DNA from: a virus
DNA: 64,000 nt
Reading direction: 5' to 3' (one strand)
Virus record (IMG/VR): IMGVR_UViG_3300023110_000023
Coordinates: 14,302-78,301 of that record
Part shown: positions 1 through 9,500 of the stretch, in pieces
How the letters are laid out: each line of letters begins with the position of its first letter
Position numbering within the stretch: the stretch's first letter is position 1
Notes under the pieces: generated by a model
What the model was told of the DNA's origin: nothing
Seen by the model: only the letters and a program-made list of their open reading frames with translations
Database searches by the model: none
Made by a program: the position numbers and the translations under genes

Positions 1-3
1 ACC

Positions 4-47
4 CCTTGCTCATCATGTTGATATTGCGAAGCATTGATATACCCCCT
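4..47 (+). repeat. 44-bp direct repeat copy 1, containing class I double-box promoter
   Basis: CCTTGCTCATCATGTTGATATTGCGAAGCATTGATATACCCCCT, identical to 417-460; proximal TTGATA 30 bp before ATG 64. Confidence 0.9.
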
Positions 48-63
48 TCACTTCCCAATCATC

Positions 64-414
64 ATGGCCGACCAATGCCCTATCAAGTGGTTCAATGCTG
101 ACGAGATGGTGGATGCAATCGCGTTCCCCGAAAACGAACAGCGTTCAATGACGATTCAAGAAGTCAAGGAGATGGCTTGGTCGGACATCATGGAACAGGT
201 TGAGTTTGAGTGTGATATTGAAGTCAATGGCTCGTTCATCACCGATAAGTTCGGAGTTCAGTCGTTCATCGTTTCAAAGTTCAAAGACGGCATCTATGGC
301 GAGGCAGTCATGTGCGTTGTTGGTTCTTACGATGTGGCTAAGGTTGTAGCCGACCGCCACGAAGGTGCTGGTGTAGTCCAATACGCAAGCAACGGCTTCG
401 TCATCGTGTGCTGA
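64..414 (+). CDS. hypothetical protein (class I cassette)
   Basis: Track start at 34 is the TTG of the promoter box; ATG 64 is 30 bp downstream, consistent with a leaderless start. Confidence 0.75.
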   Translation: MADQCPIKWFNADEMVDAIAFPENEQRSMTIQEVKEMAWSDIMEQVEFECDIEVNGSFITDKFGVQSFIVSKFKDGIYGEAVMCVVGSYDVAKVVADRHEGAGVVQYASNGFVIVC

Positions 415-416
415 TT

Positions 417-460
417 CCTTGCTCATCATGTTGATATTGCGAAGCATTGATATACCCCCT
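417..460 (+). repeat. 44-bp direct repeat copy 2, containing class I double-box promoter
   Basis: Identical to 4-47; TTGATA at 447, ATG at 477. Confidence 0.9.
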
Positions 461-476
461 ATGCGTAGCACTCACC

Positions 477-1148
477 ATGACCCGACACACTCACATCGTT
501 GAGTTCACGACCCCGATGACCGAGCGCGAACTGAAAGTCGCTATCGGCAAGGCCGTTTCCTTTGTCCAAGAAGAATCCAACACCATCGGGCGACAGGTTG
601 CCGAAGCAGATGCGTTCCGCTGGGTCAAGCACCCATTCACCAACATCACATACGAGGACAAGCAAGTGGACAAGCCCACCAGCCTCCCCTTTTACACCAC
701 GCACGACTTTCAGTTCCGCATGGTTGATGGAAAAATCCAGCAATACGCAGTTATCCACCTATCCATACAAGTCGGTGGACAGGTCAAGGGCGATTCAATG
801 ACTCTTGACGAGATGCCCGAAGACTTGACAATTGAAGGCATCAAGTTCGGCAAGACCCGAAGCCGTCAAGGAACGGTTTGGATGGACTTCACGGGCGATT
901 CTCACGCCTTCGTCTTCTTCGTTGCCTTGAAGGACTGCATGACCTTTGAAACGCCCGATGAACTTCGTGAGGCTTATGTCGGCTACGGGCGACAACCCAC
1001 AGACTTCCAACGCATTGACTCGGCAAGGGGATTCGCACACGGGATTCAGCGAGTCAAGGAAGCAAACGGCATCACAGCCGTTTCGGATGAGAACACCATC
1101 AAGGCCATCACGCTTCTCTATGAAGACCGCAAGGACAGGCAGGGTTGA
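477..1148 (+). CDS. hypothetical protein (class I cassette)
   Basis: ATG 30 bp after the promoter box; long ORF with genome-typical codon usage. Confidence 0.75.
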   Translation: MTRHTHIVEFTTPMTERELKVAIGKAVSFVQEESNTIGRQVAEADAFRWVKHPFTNITYEDKQVDKPTSLPFYTTHDFQFRMVDGKIQQYAVIHLSIQVGGQVKGDSMTLDEMPEDLTIEGIKFGKTRSRQGTVWMDFTGDSHAFVFFVALKDCMTFETPDELREAYVGYGRQPTDFQRIDSARGFAHGIQRVKEANGITAVSDENTIKAITLLYEDRKDRQG

Positions 1149-1149
1149 T

Positions 1150-1641
1150 TCACTCTTCCTCATCGGGATTGAGCCGACCGAACTTCCGCTGGATGCGTTT
1201 GCGTTGGCGACCTTCCGCCTTGCGTCTGCGAGTGTTGTCCTTGCGAGCCGATTCGTTGGGCAATCGGGTGTTGTAGTCATCGCCCTGTTCCTCAAACCGC
1301 TTGCGTTCACGGGCGCGATGACAATTGGAACACACGGGTTCGCACTTCTTGATTTCAGCGAGGACTCGCTTCCACGCGATTCCATCGGAGAGCATTCGTG
1401 AGATGGTTCGTTCCTTCGTATCGCGGTCAATATGGTCAAACTCCATCGCCCACACATTCCTGTGGCCTTCAAATCCACAGTCGGTGCAGACGAGTTCCTT
1501 TTTGTATTCCTCATATTGACGCTTGATTCTCTCTCGCCTTCGCTTCGCCTTCTCAAGATACATCTGCCTGTTGCTTGCGTAGTGCTGTGGGTTGTATCGC
1601 TTTTGATACGCCTTCCGCTTCGCAGGGTCTTTGTAAGGCAT
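1150..1641 (-). CDS. HNH endonuclease
   Basis: MPYKDPAKRK...CTDCG...MEFDHID...EIKKCEPVCSNCHR: Zn-bound HNH motif; TTCAATAACC box 31 bp upstream on minus strand. Confidence 0.8.
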   Translation of the reverse strand: MPYKDPAKRKAYQKRYNPQHYASNRQMYLEKAKRRRERIKRQYEEYKKELVCTDCGFEGHRNVWAMEFDHIDRDTKERTISRMLSDGIAWKRVLAEIKKCEPVCSNCHRARERKRFEEQGDDYNTRLPNESARKDNTRRRKAEGRQRKRIQRKFGRLNPDEEE

Positions 1642-1819
1642 TGAACCGCAATAGCGGTTCGCGGTTATTGAATGAAAGGGTGGAGAGCAGGGGGTAGAAA
1701 GGGCATACCGACCCACCAGCGAGCCCCTGCCCTCCGTCATCACCGATGTGAGAGCCGAAACACAAGGAGGTGGTGATGAGAGGTGATTCCCGCTGGCGAA
1801 TTGAAGACCAACCCCCACC

Positions 1820-1829
1820 TTATTAAACC
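1820..1829 (+). promoter_or_regulatory. class III (putative late) promoter box TTATTAAACC
   Basis: 30 bp before ATG 1850; the AA(A)CC box recurs before structural genes. Confidence 0.6.
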
Positions 1830-1849
1830 AAGTGCGTGGTGGAAATTGC

Positions 1850-2257
1850 ATGAGCGACCTCATGGAACTCACCAAGAAGCAATTGATTGCCCTGTGCGAA
1901 GAAGCAGGGTTGGACACGGATGGAACGAAGGCTGACCTCGTTGCTCGTTTGGAAGCACCCGCAGAATCACCCGCAGAAGCCCCTGTGGAAGCCGTTGTTG
2001 AGGAAGTGGTGGAAGAACCCACCCCAGCCCCAACAAAGCCCAAGAAAGCCACGCAGAAGGGCTCTATGCCCGATGTGGAAGACGAGAGCCTCTCCAGCGA
2101 GGATTTTGTCAAGCAAGCATACCTCGCTATCCTCAAGCGTGAGGCTGACCCAAGTGGCCTCAAGCACTACACACGGGCATTGGATTTGCACCGAACCTTG
2201 ACTCGCCAGCAGGTCTTGGACAAACTCTCCGATTCGGAAGAAGCCAAGTCCCTGTGA
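1850..2257 (+). CDS. SAP/HeH-like domain plus DUF4214-like domain protein
   Basis: N-term LMELTKKQLIALCEEAGLDTDGTKADLVARL (SAP-like); Pro/Glu linker; C-term FVKQAYLAILKREADPSGLKHY...LTRQQVL (DUF4214-like). Confidence 0.65.
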   Translation: MSDLMELTKKQLIALCEEAGLDTDGTKADLVARLEAPAESPAEAPVEAVVEEVVEEPTPAPTKPKKATQKGSMPDVEDESLSSEDFVKQAYLAILKREADPSGLKHYTRALDLHRTLTRQQVLDKLSDSEEAKSL

Positions 2258-2272
2258 TTTGAGCGATTAAGA

Positions 2273-2300
2273 CATTGATACGACAAAGGTTTGATATACC
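2273..2300 (+). promoter_or_regulatory. class I double-box promoter
   Basis: CATTGATA-CGACAAAGGT-TTGATATACC; ATG 2321 at +30. Confidence 0.7.
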
Positions 2301-2320
2301 AGCATCGGCTGGTTCATATC

Positions 2321-2542
2321 ATGTCGGACAACCGAACACCGAAGAAGGGACACACCGAATGGGGAACAGGTCTTGGGCGAATCCACCTCGTTCATTCCAT
2401 GACAGGTCGCTGTATGGGATGCAAGAAGAAAGTCGCCAAGTGGGTCGGCCAGCAAGACATGACTGTTCAAGAAGTCAAGGAAACCGACTTCGGCCTTTGT
2501 TCCTTCGTGAGCGACTTTTGGCTTGACCAATTGACGAACTGA
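2321..2542 (+). CDS. small hypothetical protein with CxxC (class I cassette)
   Basis: MSDNRTPKK...CMGCKK; ATG at +30 from box. Confidence 0.65.
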   Translation: MSDNRTPKKGHTEWGTGLGRIHLVHSMTGRCMGCKKKVAKWVGQQDMTVQEVKETDFGLCSFVSDFWLDQLTN

Positions 2543-2570
2543 AATAAACCCCACAGACCCATCGTGAAGC

Positions 2571-2999
2571 ATGGGTCGCAATTGGGGCGCGTCGGCACTC
2601 GCTCGGTCGGGCAGAACGATTCCATCGTGGAGTCCTCGCCCTCTCGCGTACGATGAAGACTATTTTTGGCTCACGCTACGCTGGGGTCAATGGGCTGGTG
2701 ATGGTGCGACCATATCGGGAACAGTCGCTCTCGTATCGGGCGAGAGCATGGGTGAAATCGCCCCTGCCTTGCTTCCTTATCCGTTTGCTGGATGGGGCTA
2801 CAACACGGATTCGGCCATCGGATTCGGCACACGAACCGAACCCTATGTCGTGCCTGTCCTGTCGCAATCGGGGACTTTCCTGTTCCACGATTCCACCTTC
2901 TTGGACAGATGTTGGCTATCGGTTTCGGGGACTCTCCAGCGTGAACTTGACGAGCGTGAGAAGCGAACTTTTCGCCCAAACTTCGTCAAGCAGTCGTGA
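2571..2999 (+). CDS. hypothetical protein, possibly virion/neck-tail component
   Basis: Class III box GAAATAAACC at 2541; lies just upstream of tail genes. Confidence 0.55.
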   Translation: MGRNWGASALARSGRTIPSWSPRPLAYDEDYFWLTLRWGQWAGDGATISGTVALVSGESMGEIAPALLPYPFAGWGYNTDSAIGFGTRTEPYVVPVLSQSGTFLFHDSTFLDRCWLSVSGTLQRELDEREKRTFRPNFVKQS

Positions 3000-3045
3000 T
3001 ATTGACTCCGATAACAGCCTCGCTGTCCAAACCCAATCTCAAAAC

Positions 3046-3074
3046 CATTGATATTCCGAAGGTATTATAGGGGG
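3046..3074 (+). promoter_or_regulatory. class I double-box promoter (variant)
   Basis: CATTGATATTCCGAAGGTATTATAGGGGG; ATG 3094 at +30 from ATTATA. Confidence 0.65.
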
Positions 3075-3093
3075 CAACCTGTTGGCTCACATC

Positions 3094-3285
3094 ATGCAGA
3101 AGCAACACTTCGTCAAAGTCCGAGAAGACGGCCAGCGATTCGTGGTCTATTGGTTCATCGTTGAGCCAACGCGAGCATACGGGGGCGACATCATCGGAAT
3201 CCAGCAAAGCCGATGCAACGCTATGGAGGTCGCATACAGCGTAGCCCAGCGACACGGCACTACGGTCGTCATGCACCAAGCGTGA
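3094..3285 (+). CDS. small hypothetical protein (class I cassette)
   Basis: MQKQHFVKVREDG...; leaderless spacing from box. Confidence 0.6.
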   Translation: MQKQHFVKVREDGQRFVVYWFIVEPTRAYGGDIIGIQQSRCNAMEVAYSVAQRHGTTVVMHQA

Positions 3286-3324
3286 ACCAATTCCGTTAAG
3301 AACCGCATTGACCAACCAATCGGT

Positions 3325-3717
3325 ATGGCGGTTCACTCTTTCACAGGTGTCAGCGGAAAAATCACCGTGTCGGGAAGCATTGTCGGATTCGTTTCGGGCG
3401 ACTTCTCAATGACTGCGACAACGGGCAAATACATCACACTCGGAACGAACTACAACACGGCACACACTCGCGGTGTGCGAACTGTGTCGGGCTCGCTCAA
3501 GAAAGCGTGGGGTGTCAGCGATGACGAACTCTTTGATTGGTTCAACAACGACACCGAACTTGACATTGAGTTTGACGCTGATGACGCTGGAACGCACACA
3601 TACACCGTGTCGGGCTGTGTCTTGACCGACCTTGCGATTGAAGGACTTGAAGCAGGGAACGAGGGTGCGTTGATGATTAACGCTTCCTTTGAGGGCTTGA
3701 CTTGGGCTCGCGATTGA
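3325..3717 (+). CDS. tail tube protein
   Basis: 130-aa beta-rich acidic protein before chaperone and tape measure genes; class III box GTTAAGAACC at 3295. Confidence 0.75.
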   Translation: MAVHSFTGVSGKITVSGSIVGFVSGDFSMTATTGKYITLGTNYNTAHTRGVRTVSGSLKKAWGVSDDELFDWFNNDTELDIEFDADDAGTHTYTVSGCVLTDLAIEGLEAGNEGALMINASFEGLTWARD

Positions 3718-3728
3718 GGTGATTCACT

Positions 3729-4091
3729 TTGTCTTGGCTGGATTCAACATTGGATGCTCACTCTTCTGCTATTGAGGTCAATACCGCTGGTCTTGGGCTC
3801 AAGGGAGAAGACGGGAAGGAACTCAAGACGCTCATGGCGAAACCGCTGTCGGCTCACGAATATCAAGTTCTCAAGAACGAACCCGAACTCCGAACTCTCA
3901 TCGGCCAAGACAGAACCGAACTGCTTGGCCTTCGCATGACCTTTGAGATGCTCAAGAAGTGCGATGATTCGCTCAAGTGGGGCGTGTTCCGTCAATTGCC
4001 TCTCACCCTCATCGCTGAACTCGCCCAGCGTGTCAGCGAGGCTGTGGGCTCACCATCCGAGAACGGTGGTGGTGCGTTGGGGGAAGCGTGA
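3729..4091 (+). CDS. tail assembly chaperone (gpG-like)
   Basis: Between tail tube and tape measure; SD GAGGTGA before TTG; ends in slippery G GGG GAA. Confidence 0.8.
   Translation: MSWLDSTLDAHSSAIEVNTAGLGLKGEDGKELKTLMAKPLSAHEYQVLKNEPELRTLIGQDRTELLGLRMTFEMLKKCDDSLKWGVFRQLPLTLIAELAQRVSEAVGSPSENGGGALGEA
4079..4085 (+). other. -1 programmed frameshift slippery heptamer GGGGGAA
   Basis: TTG GGG GAA GCG TGA in frame 0; -1 frame reads GGG GGA AGC GTG AGG..., open to 4276. Confidence 0.75.
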
Positions 4092-4276
4092 GGTTCGCCC
4101 GTTCCACAGAAGGACAGTTCTATTTTGAATTGCTGGCTAAGTTCGGGCTCACCCCTCAACAATGGAGGGAACTTGACCCCCGCGACACGACATTCTTAAC
4201 CCACGCATTCCTTGAACGGACTAAGCGTGAGCATGAGCAACAGAAGCGACTGCAAGCGAAGAACAGGAGGCGATGA
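4088..4276 (+). CDS. tail assembly chaperone frameshift extension (gpT-like)
   Basis: In -1 frame relative to 3729 ORF; GLTPQQWRELDP motif typical of gpT-like segments. Confidence 0.75.
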   Translation: MRFARSTEGQFYFELLAKFGLTPQQWRELDPRDTTFLTHAFLERTKREHEQQKRLQAKNRRR

Positions 4277-6567
4277 GCGTGGCGATGGATAGCGTGGCTA
4301 AAATCACGGCCATCGTTGAAGCGCGTACGGCTGGCTTCAAGAAGGGAATGGCGGAGGTCGGAAGTGGGCTCACGGTTGCTGGTGGTCGTTTCAGCCGATT
4401 CGGTGAAACGGCTCGCAAGTCCTTCGTGGCGGTTCAAATCGGTGCTGTGCTTGCAGGTCAAGCCCTCGTTGCTGGCTTCGCAGTCAAGGCTTCAAAGGCG
4501 TTCATTGAGTTTGAGGATTCACTCCTTCGGACTTCGGCTATCATGGGCGGGAAGTCCATCTCGGACATTCAACGAGTGGCTGACGAAGTGATGCACTTGG
4601 GTGCTACAACCCGTTCCACAGCCGTTCAAGTGGGCGAGGCGGCGCAGATTTTGGCGTTGGCTGGTTTGAAGGAAGAGGACTTGGTGGACAACAAGGCACT
4701 TGAGCAATTGAACAACCTCGCAATCGCCGCTGGCGTTGATATGCCGACCGCCGCTGGCGTTGCGATTTCAGCCCTTAAAGGTATGGGAATGGAAACCAGC
4801 GAATTGGGTCGCGTGAACGATGTGATGATGCAAACAATGAGCAATTCGTTCACTACGGTTGAGTCGCTTGGGCAGACCATGAAGTTCCTTGCACCAACGG
4901 CTCGCGCGGCGGGCATTTCATTGGAAGAAGCATCCGCCGCGGCGGGTGCATTGGGCAACGCAGGGCTTCAAGGAACGATGGCTGGAACAGGTATGCGTAT
5001 GGCTATCAACAAACTCATCAAGCCGACTACGGAGGCTCGGAGGGTCATTGAAGACTTGAACCTCAATGTCTTCCGATTGACTCCAGCGGGTGAATCGGCT
5101 CGCAACAGTCTGCGAGGGGTTGAGGCTGGGTTGGAAGAAACTCGGCTTCAAGCGGAGGGCGTGAACCTTGAAATCAAGGCACTCAACAGCGAACTCAACG
5201 ACCTGTCCATTGACCAGCAGAAGAACAACCTTGAGATAGCCAAAATCCGCCAGCGAGCATCCAAGCAGGGTCGTGAATTGACCAAGCGTGAGATTGAACA
5301 GATTGAGCGTTTGGAGATGGCGAATGATGACTTGAACATCACCATGCAAGAACGCAGTTTGGAACTGTCCATCCAGCGAAGAGAGCAGACGCAGTTATCG
5401 GAGTCAATAAGCAGTCAAGAATCGGAGATGAACTCGCTCAACCAAACCATCACCGACCAAACTCAAGGACTGACATCGCTGACCGATTTGTTCCAGCAAT
5501 TGCGCGATGCTGGTGCGACAACATCGCAGATTCTCCAAGTCTTCGGTGTGCGTGGTGGAAACGCAATCAACGCCATTTTGGGACAGGCCGATGCCTTTGA
5601 GGAATTGGTCGCCAAGAACGAGGATGCAAACGGCAGAACTGCGGAGTTCGTTCAAACCATGACAGGCTCAACGCAGAACGCCCTGTTTGAATTGCAGTCA
5701 GCCTTCACAGCGTTGATGATAACAGTCGGTGAACAGTTCGCCCCGATGATAAAGGACACACTCGTTCCAGCACTCATCTTGGCGACTGAAAAATTGGGCG
5801 ATGAAGGCTTCGTGGAGGCGATGGGAGAAATCGCTGACAAATTGGTTGAGGTCTTGCCCCAATTGATTGATTCCTTCGTGCCTGTGCTGATTCAAATGGC
5901 GGAACAGTCGGATGACTTGATTTATGTCTTCGTGGCTCTCGCTCACGCTCTCCGATTCCTCATGGTTTTCATTGAGCCCATCTATGAATTGCTGGGCGGT
6001 ATCGGGATGATATTTGAGGGAATCGCGACCCTAAATCCACAGATGATTTTTGAGGGGCTTGGAAAGGCGGCGGGTGGTCTTGCACTCATATTGATGCCGA
6101 TATACAGGCTGGTTGAAGCGATTGCTGATTTCTTGGGCATTATTGACGAGGAAGGAACGGGCGCGCAACGGGCTGGGTCGGGTGCTTTGAAGGGGGCGGC
6201 GGCTGGTGCGTTGGTCGGTTCTGCTGTCCCCGTTGTCGGAACGGCGGCGGGTGCTGTCGTGGGTGGAATCATCGGTGCTGGGCTCACGATGTTCGCAGAA
6301 GGTGGAATCGTGAACGAAGCCACGCTGGGTGTCTTCGGTGAGGCTGGTTCGGAGGCTGTGATTCCGCTGGACAGACTCCCTGCATTGATGAGCGAATCAA
6401 TGGGAGGGCAAGCCTCAAAGCCCGAAACCACAGTCGTTTTCAGCGGGGACATCATCATTGGCGAAGGCAACAACCTTTCAAAGCGCGATGTTGAGCAGAT
6501 AATGGTGGAAACGATGCCGAAGGTGTTCAACCGATTCGGAATGCAAGGTGCAAGGGGTGTGATTTGA
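4273..6567 (+). CDS. tail tape measure protein (TP901-like core)
   Basis: HLGATTRSTAVQVGEAAQILALAG, ESLGQTMKFLAP, GLQGTMAGTGMR; coiled-coil; hydrophobic segments; C-term AEGGIV...GEAGSEAVIPL. Confidence 0.93.
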   Translation: MSVAMDSVAKITAIVEARTAGFKKGMAEVGSGLTVAGGRFSRFGETARKSFVAVQIGAVLAGQALVAGFAVKASKAFIEFEDSLLRTSAIMGGKSISDIQRVADEVMHLGATTRSTAVQVGEAAQILALAGLKEEDLVDNKALEQLNNLAIAAGVDMPTAAGVAISALKGMGMETSELGRVNDVMMQTMSNSFTTVESLGQTMKFLAPTARAAGISLEEASAAAGALGNAGLQGTMAGTGMRMAINKLIKPTTEARRVIEDLNLNVFRLTPAGESARNSLRGVEAGLEETRLQAEGVNLEIKALNSELNDLSIDQQKNNLEIAKIRQRASKQGRELTKREIEQIERLEMANDDLNITMQERSLELSIQRREQTQLSESISSQESEMNSLNQTITDQTQGLTSLTDLFQQLRDAGATTSQILQVFGVRGGNAINAILGQADAFEELVAKNEDANGRTAEFVQTMTGSTQNALFELQSAFTALMITVGEQFAPMIKDTLVPALILATEKLGDEGFVEAMGEIADKLVEVLPQLIDSFVPVLIQMAEQSDDLIYVFVALAHALRFLMVFIEPIYELLGGIGMIFEGIATLNPQMIFEGLGKAAGGLALILMPIYRLVEAIADFLGIIDEEGTGAQRAGSGALKGAAAGALVGSAVPVVGTAAGAVVGGIIGAGLTMFAEGGIVNEATLGVFGEAGSEAVIPLDRLPALMSESMGGQASKPETTVVFSGDIIIGEGNNLSKRDVEQIMVETMPKVFNRFGMQGARGVI

Positions 6568-9500
6568 TGGCTTCAACCAAACAAAGCATCACACAGACCT
6601 TCTCACGCATGAAGAACGGCCTTGCTGAACTCCAGCGGTGGTTTCCAGCCTTCATCAAGAACGATGGCGTTGGAGGGCTCTCCATTGACCCTGTGCTGTA
6701 TCGCACAAACTTCTCCGCCAAGACCCCAGCCCAAACGGGTGGCTACGATGACGAAGCCAGCCAAGCAGGGATTCGGGTGGAGGCAATCAACGATGACGGC
6801 ACAGATGTCAGCAACAACCCAACCATCGTCATATCGGGAAGCGGAACACTCAACGCCAAATGCACCATCAACCATGATGATGGAAGTGGCTCAACCGTCA
6901 TTCGCTTGATTGCACCATCGGGCGACTTGACAGGAAGTGGAACAAAAACACGCTCGCATGAGGGAATCGGGGATGCGACTTCCGACACGACCACGACCGC
7001 GCCCTTCCCCGTGTTCATGACGATTCAAGAACTGACCGAGATGCTTGACACCTATCGGCACATCGGAGATGGTGATGAAAACAAAAAGGCATGGCTTCCA
7101 CATGGGTTGGAAGGCGGAGGGCAACACGGCCACTCATCAGCATCGGCTTTGCCTTCGCTCGCTGGAGGCGACCCTCGCGAACCCACATCGGTTGCGTTCC
7201 CCACAGCCTCTCCGTATCGCGCAACCGTGTTCATGCCGATGATGCTGGACAACAACCAATTTGACAAACGAATCACGGGTGCGAGCAACGAGGTTGCTGA
7301 CTATACCTACCTCCTTGCGAACTTCGGTGGGGGCTACGATGTTCTTGACATTGACCGATACGACCCCGACCCCGAAGGCGAAGACTCGGCCACGATTCGC
7401 TACAAAACGGTGGGGTATTCGGGCGACCATTTGCTTGGGAAGAACACAGCACAGCAAGCATACAAAACCGCGCCCAGCGGAACGGCACACAACACAATGA
7501 CACACAACAACCCCGACTTATCGTTTGATGGAAGTGCAAGCCACTTCCCCAAATACCGAACCCGCTGTGCTTTGGCGATGTTCCTCAAAGACGGGACATA
7601 CACGCTCAAGGGCGGGACTCTCATTCCATACATCTATGACACGAATCGCGAGATTGGGGGCAACCAAACCAGCACAGTCCACGCGATTTGGGATGGGCTT
7701 GATGGAGAAGGCGACTTTGACATGACCGCTTCGGGCATTGAAAAACAATGCTCGGCTCAAATCACTCCGATGTTTGACTTCCTCCAGCCACCCATCACAA
7801 CCTCCGCACAGGGAGGCAATTTTGACTACGAGGTGGTCAATGGGTCAGCCAAGTTCAATTGGGCAAACTACATCACAGATGTGCAGTCAATCCAAGCCAG
7901 CGATTCCAACCTGTTCACAGATGGTGATGGAACGGACTTAGACCACATCACTACGGCACGACCGTTCTTGGTTCGCAACAACCCAGCAAGCGTTCCTGTG
8001 CGATACATTCGGAGGAACAATCTCATCCTGTCCATTTGGCTTGACTACACGAATGTCAGCGGTATCAGCGGTTCAACGATTCCTCAATTCACAGTCGGAA
8101 GTCCGATTGAACTGTGGGGACTCACGGGCGCGTTGGGCAGGGACACCTCTCAAGGTCGGAACATTGGGCATAAGTTCGGCCTCTATGAGTTCGCACCACG
8201 AAGCGAAGAAACGAATCCCGACACATATTCTTTGGGCGGGTTGAATCACAACGGATGGTGGATAATCAACGCGTACGATGACGATGGCGGTGGTCTTGAC
8301 GGAGAGTTTGTCGTGGATGACATTCTCGGCAACGGGGACTCAACCGAGTTCTATGGGGCTCGGATTGATATTCAAATCTATTCAAACGAAGCCCTTCCGA
8401 GTCAAGGGAATGTCAGCGCGTACGCGCCGACCAGCGGGTATGTTTGTCAAGGACTGATTGGAGGCGCGGAAAGCACTTCTTCTCACTATGGAACTGTTGC
8501 TTGGGCAACCAGCCAAAGCAATTCCCACCCCCAATTGCGACTCTTCGGTAGTGCGAGCGAGAAACTGTATGGAACGGGTGTTGGGTATATGGGCGGGGCA
8601 AACACCCCAGCGAACAATTTGCAGTCCCATGTTGGACATCGCTATTTTTACCCATCACGCATGGTTGATTCTTATGTTGATGAGGGAGAATGGGGTGCGA
8701 CAGGAAACACGGGGAATCTCAAGTTTTTCTTTGCCGATGACGCGACCGCGTTCCGTTCAATTGAATTGCAGAAGGCGACCGACTTGCTCTATTCCAATGG
8801 TGTTCCTGTTGTTCAAAGGGGAGATGGTTTGCTTCGGCTTCCAGCACCACAGGGCAAGGACATTGGTGCAAGGCGACTCTATTCCCTCACACAGACTCAC
8901 ATCACAGGCACATTCGTGAGTGAAGAAACTGACTTTCGCGGGCTCGGTTCGGACTTGGTTGAAAGCCTCCCAGCAACATGGTTGTCAAGAGGGCTTCACA
9001 TTCCCCTGTGGTCATACATTGACACGGCGAATGGCCGTCATGCTTGGGACTACATCAAGCCCATTGGTGCATCGGGAACATGGCTCTATGGGCGAAACCG
9101 ACCATTCCCAGCCCATGAACGAACAGGAACGCGATTGGGCTACAACGGAGGCGTTGCTCTTGACACGACCAAATACGGCTTGAGCGAGATGGGATGCTCG
9201 CAGATGTGGCTGGATTGGGAGATGAAGGCCAAAATCCCATTCCGAACAAATCAAATGGTGCGAATCACCTTTGACACCAACGAGGAACACTATGTCTTTG
9301 GTCGCCACGCTTTGATGTTTGATGACTTTCAAGGAACGATGAGGGGTGGTGCTGGCTTTTTGCCCCTGTATGATGGGAAGACATCAGCATCACCACTCAC
9401 ATTGAGTGCGTCATCATCGCCCGAAATCTATATTCGGGCTGGTGAAGGGTATTCAAATGGCTTCATAACGCACCCGTATGTGAACGGTGCGTTCACAGCA

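Noticed and set aside
4-460. CRISPR array or integron attC suggested by the 44-bp repeat
   Set aside because: Only two exact copies, separated by a whole gene rather than 30-40 bp spacers. The repeat is non-palindromic and positioned as a promoter, and I found no Cas1/Cas2 or integrase in the window.
1743-1765. Hammerhead ribozyme (CCGATGTGAG...CGAAAC)
   Set aside because: The CUGANGA core is absent and the three-stem junction cannot be assembled.
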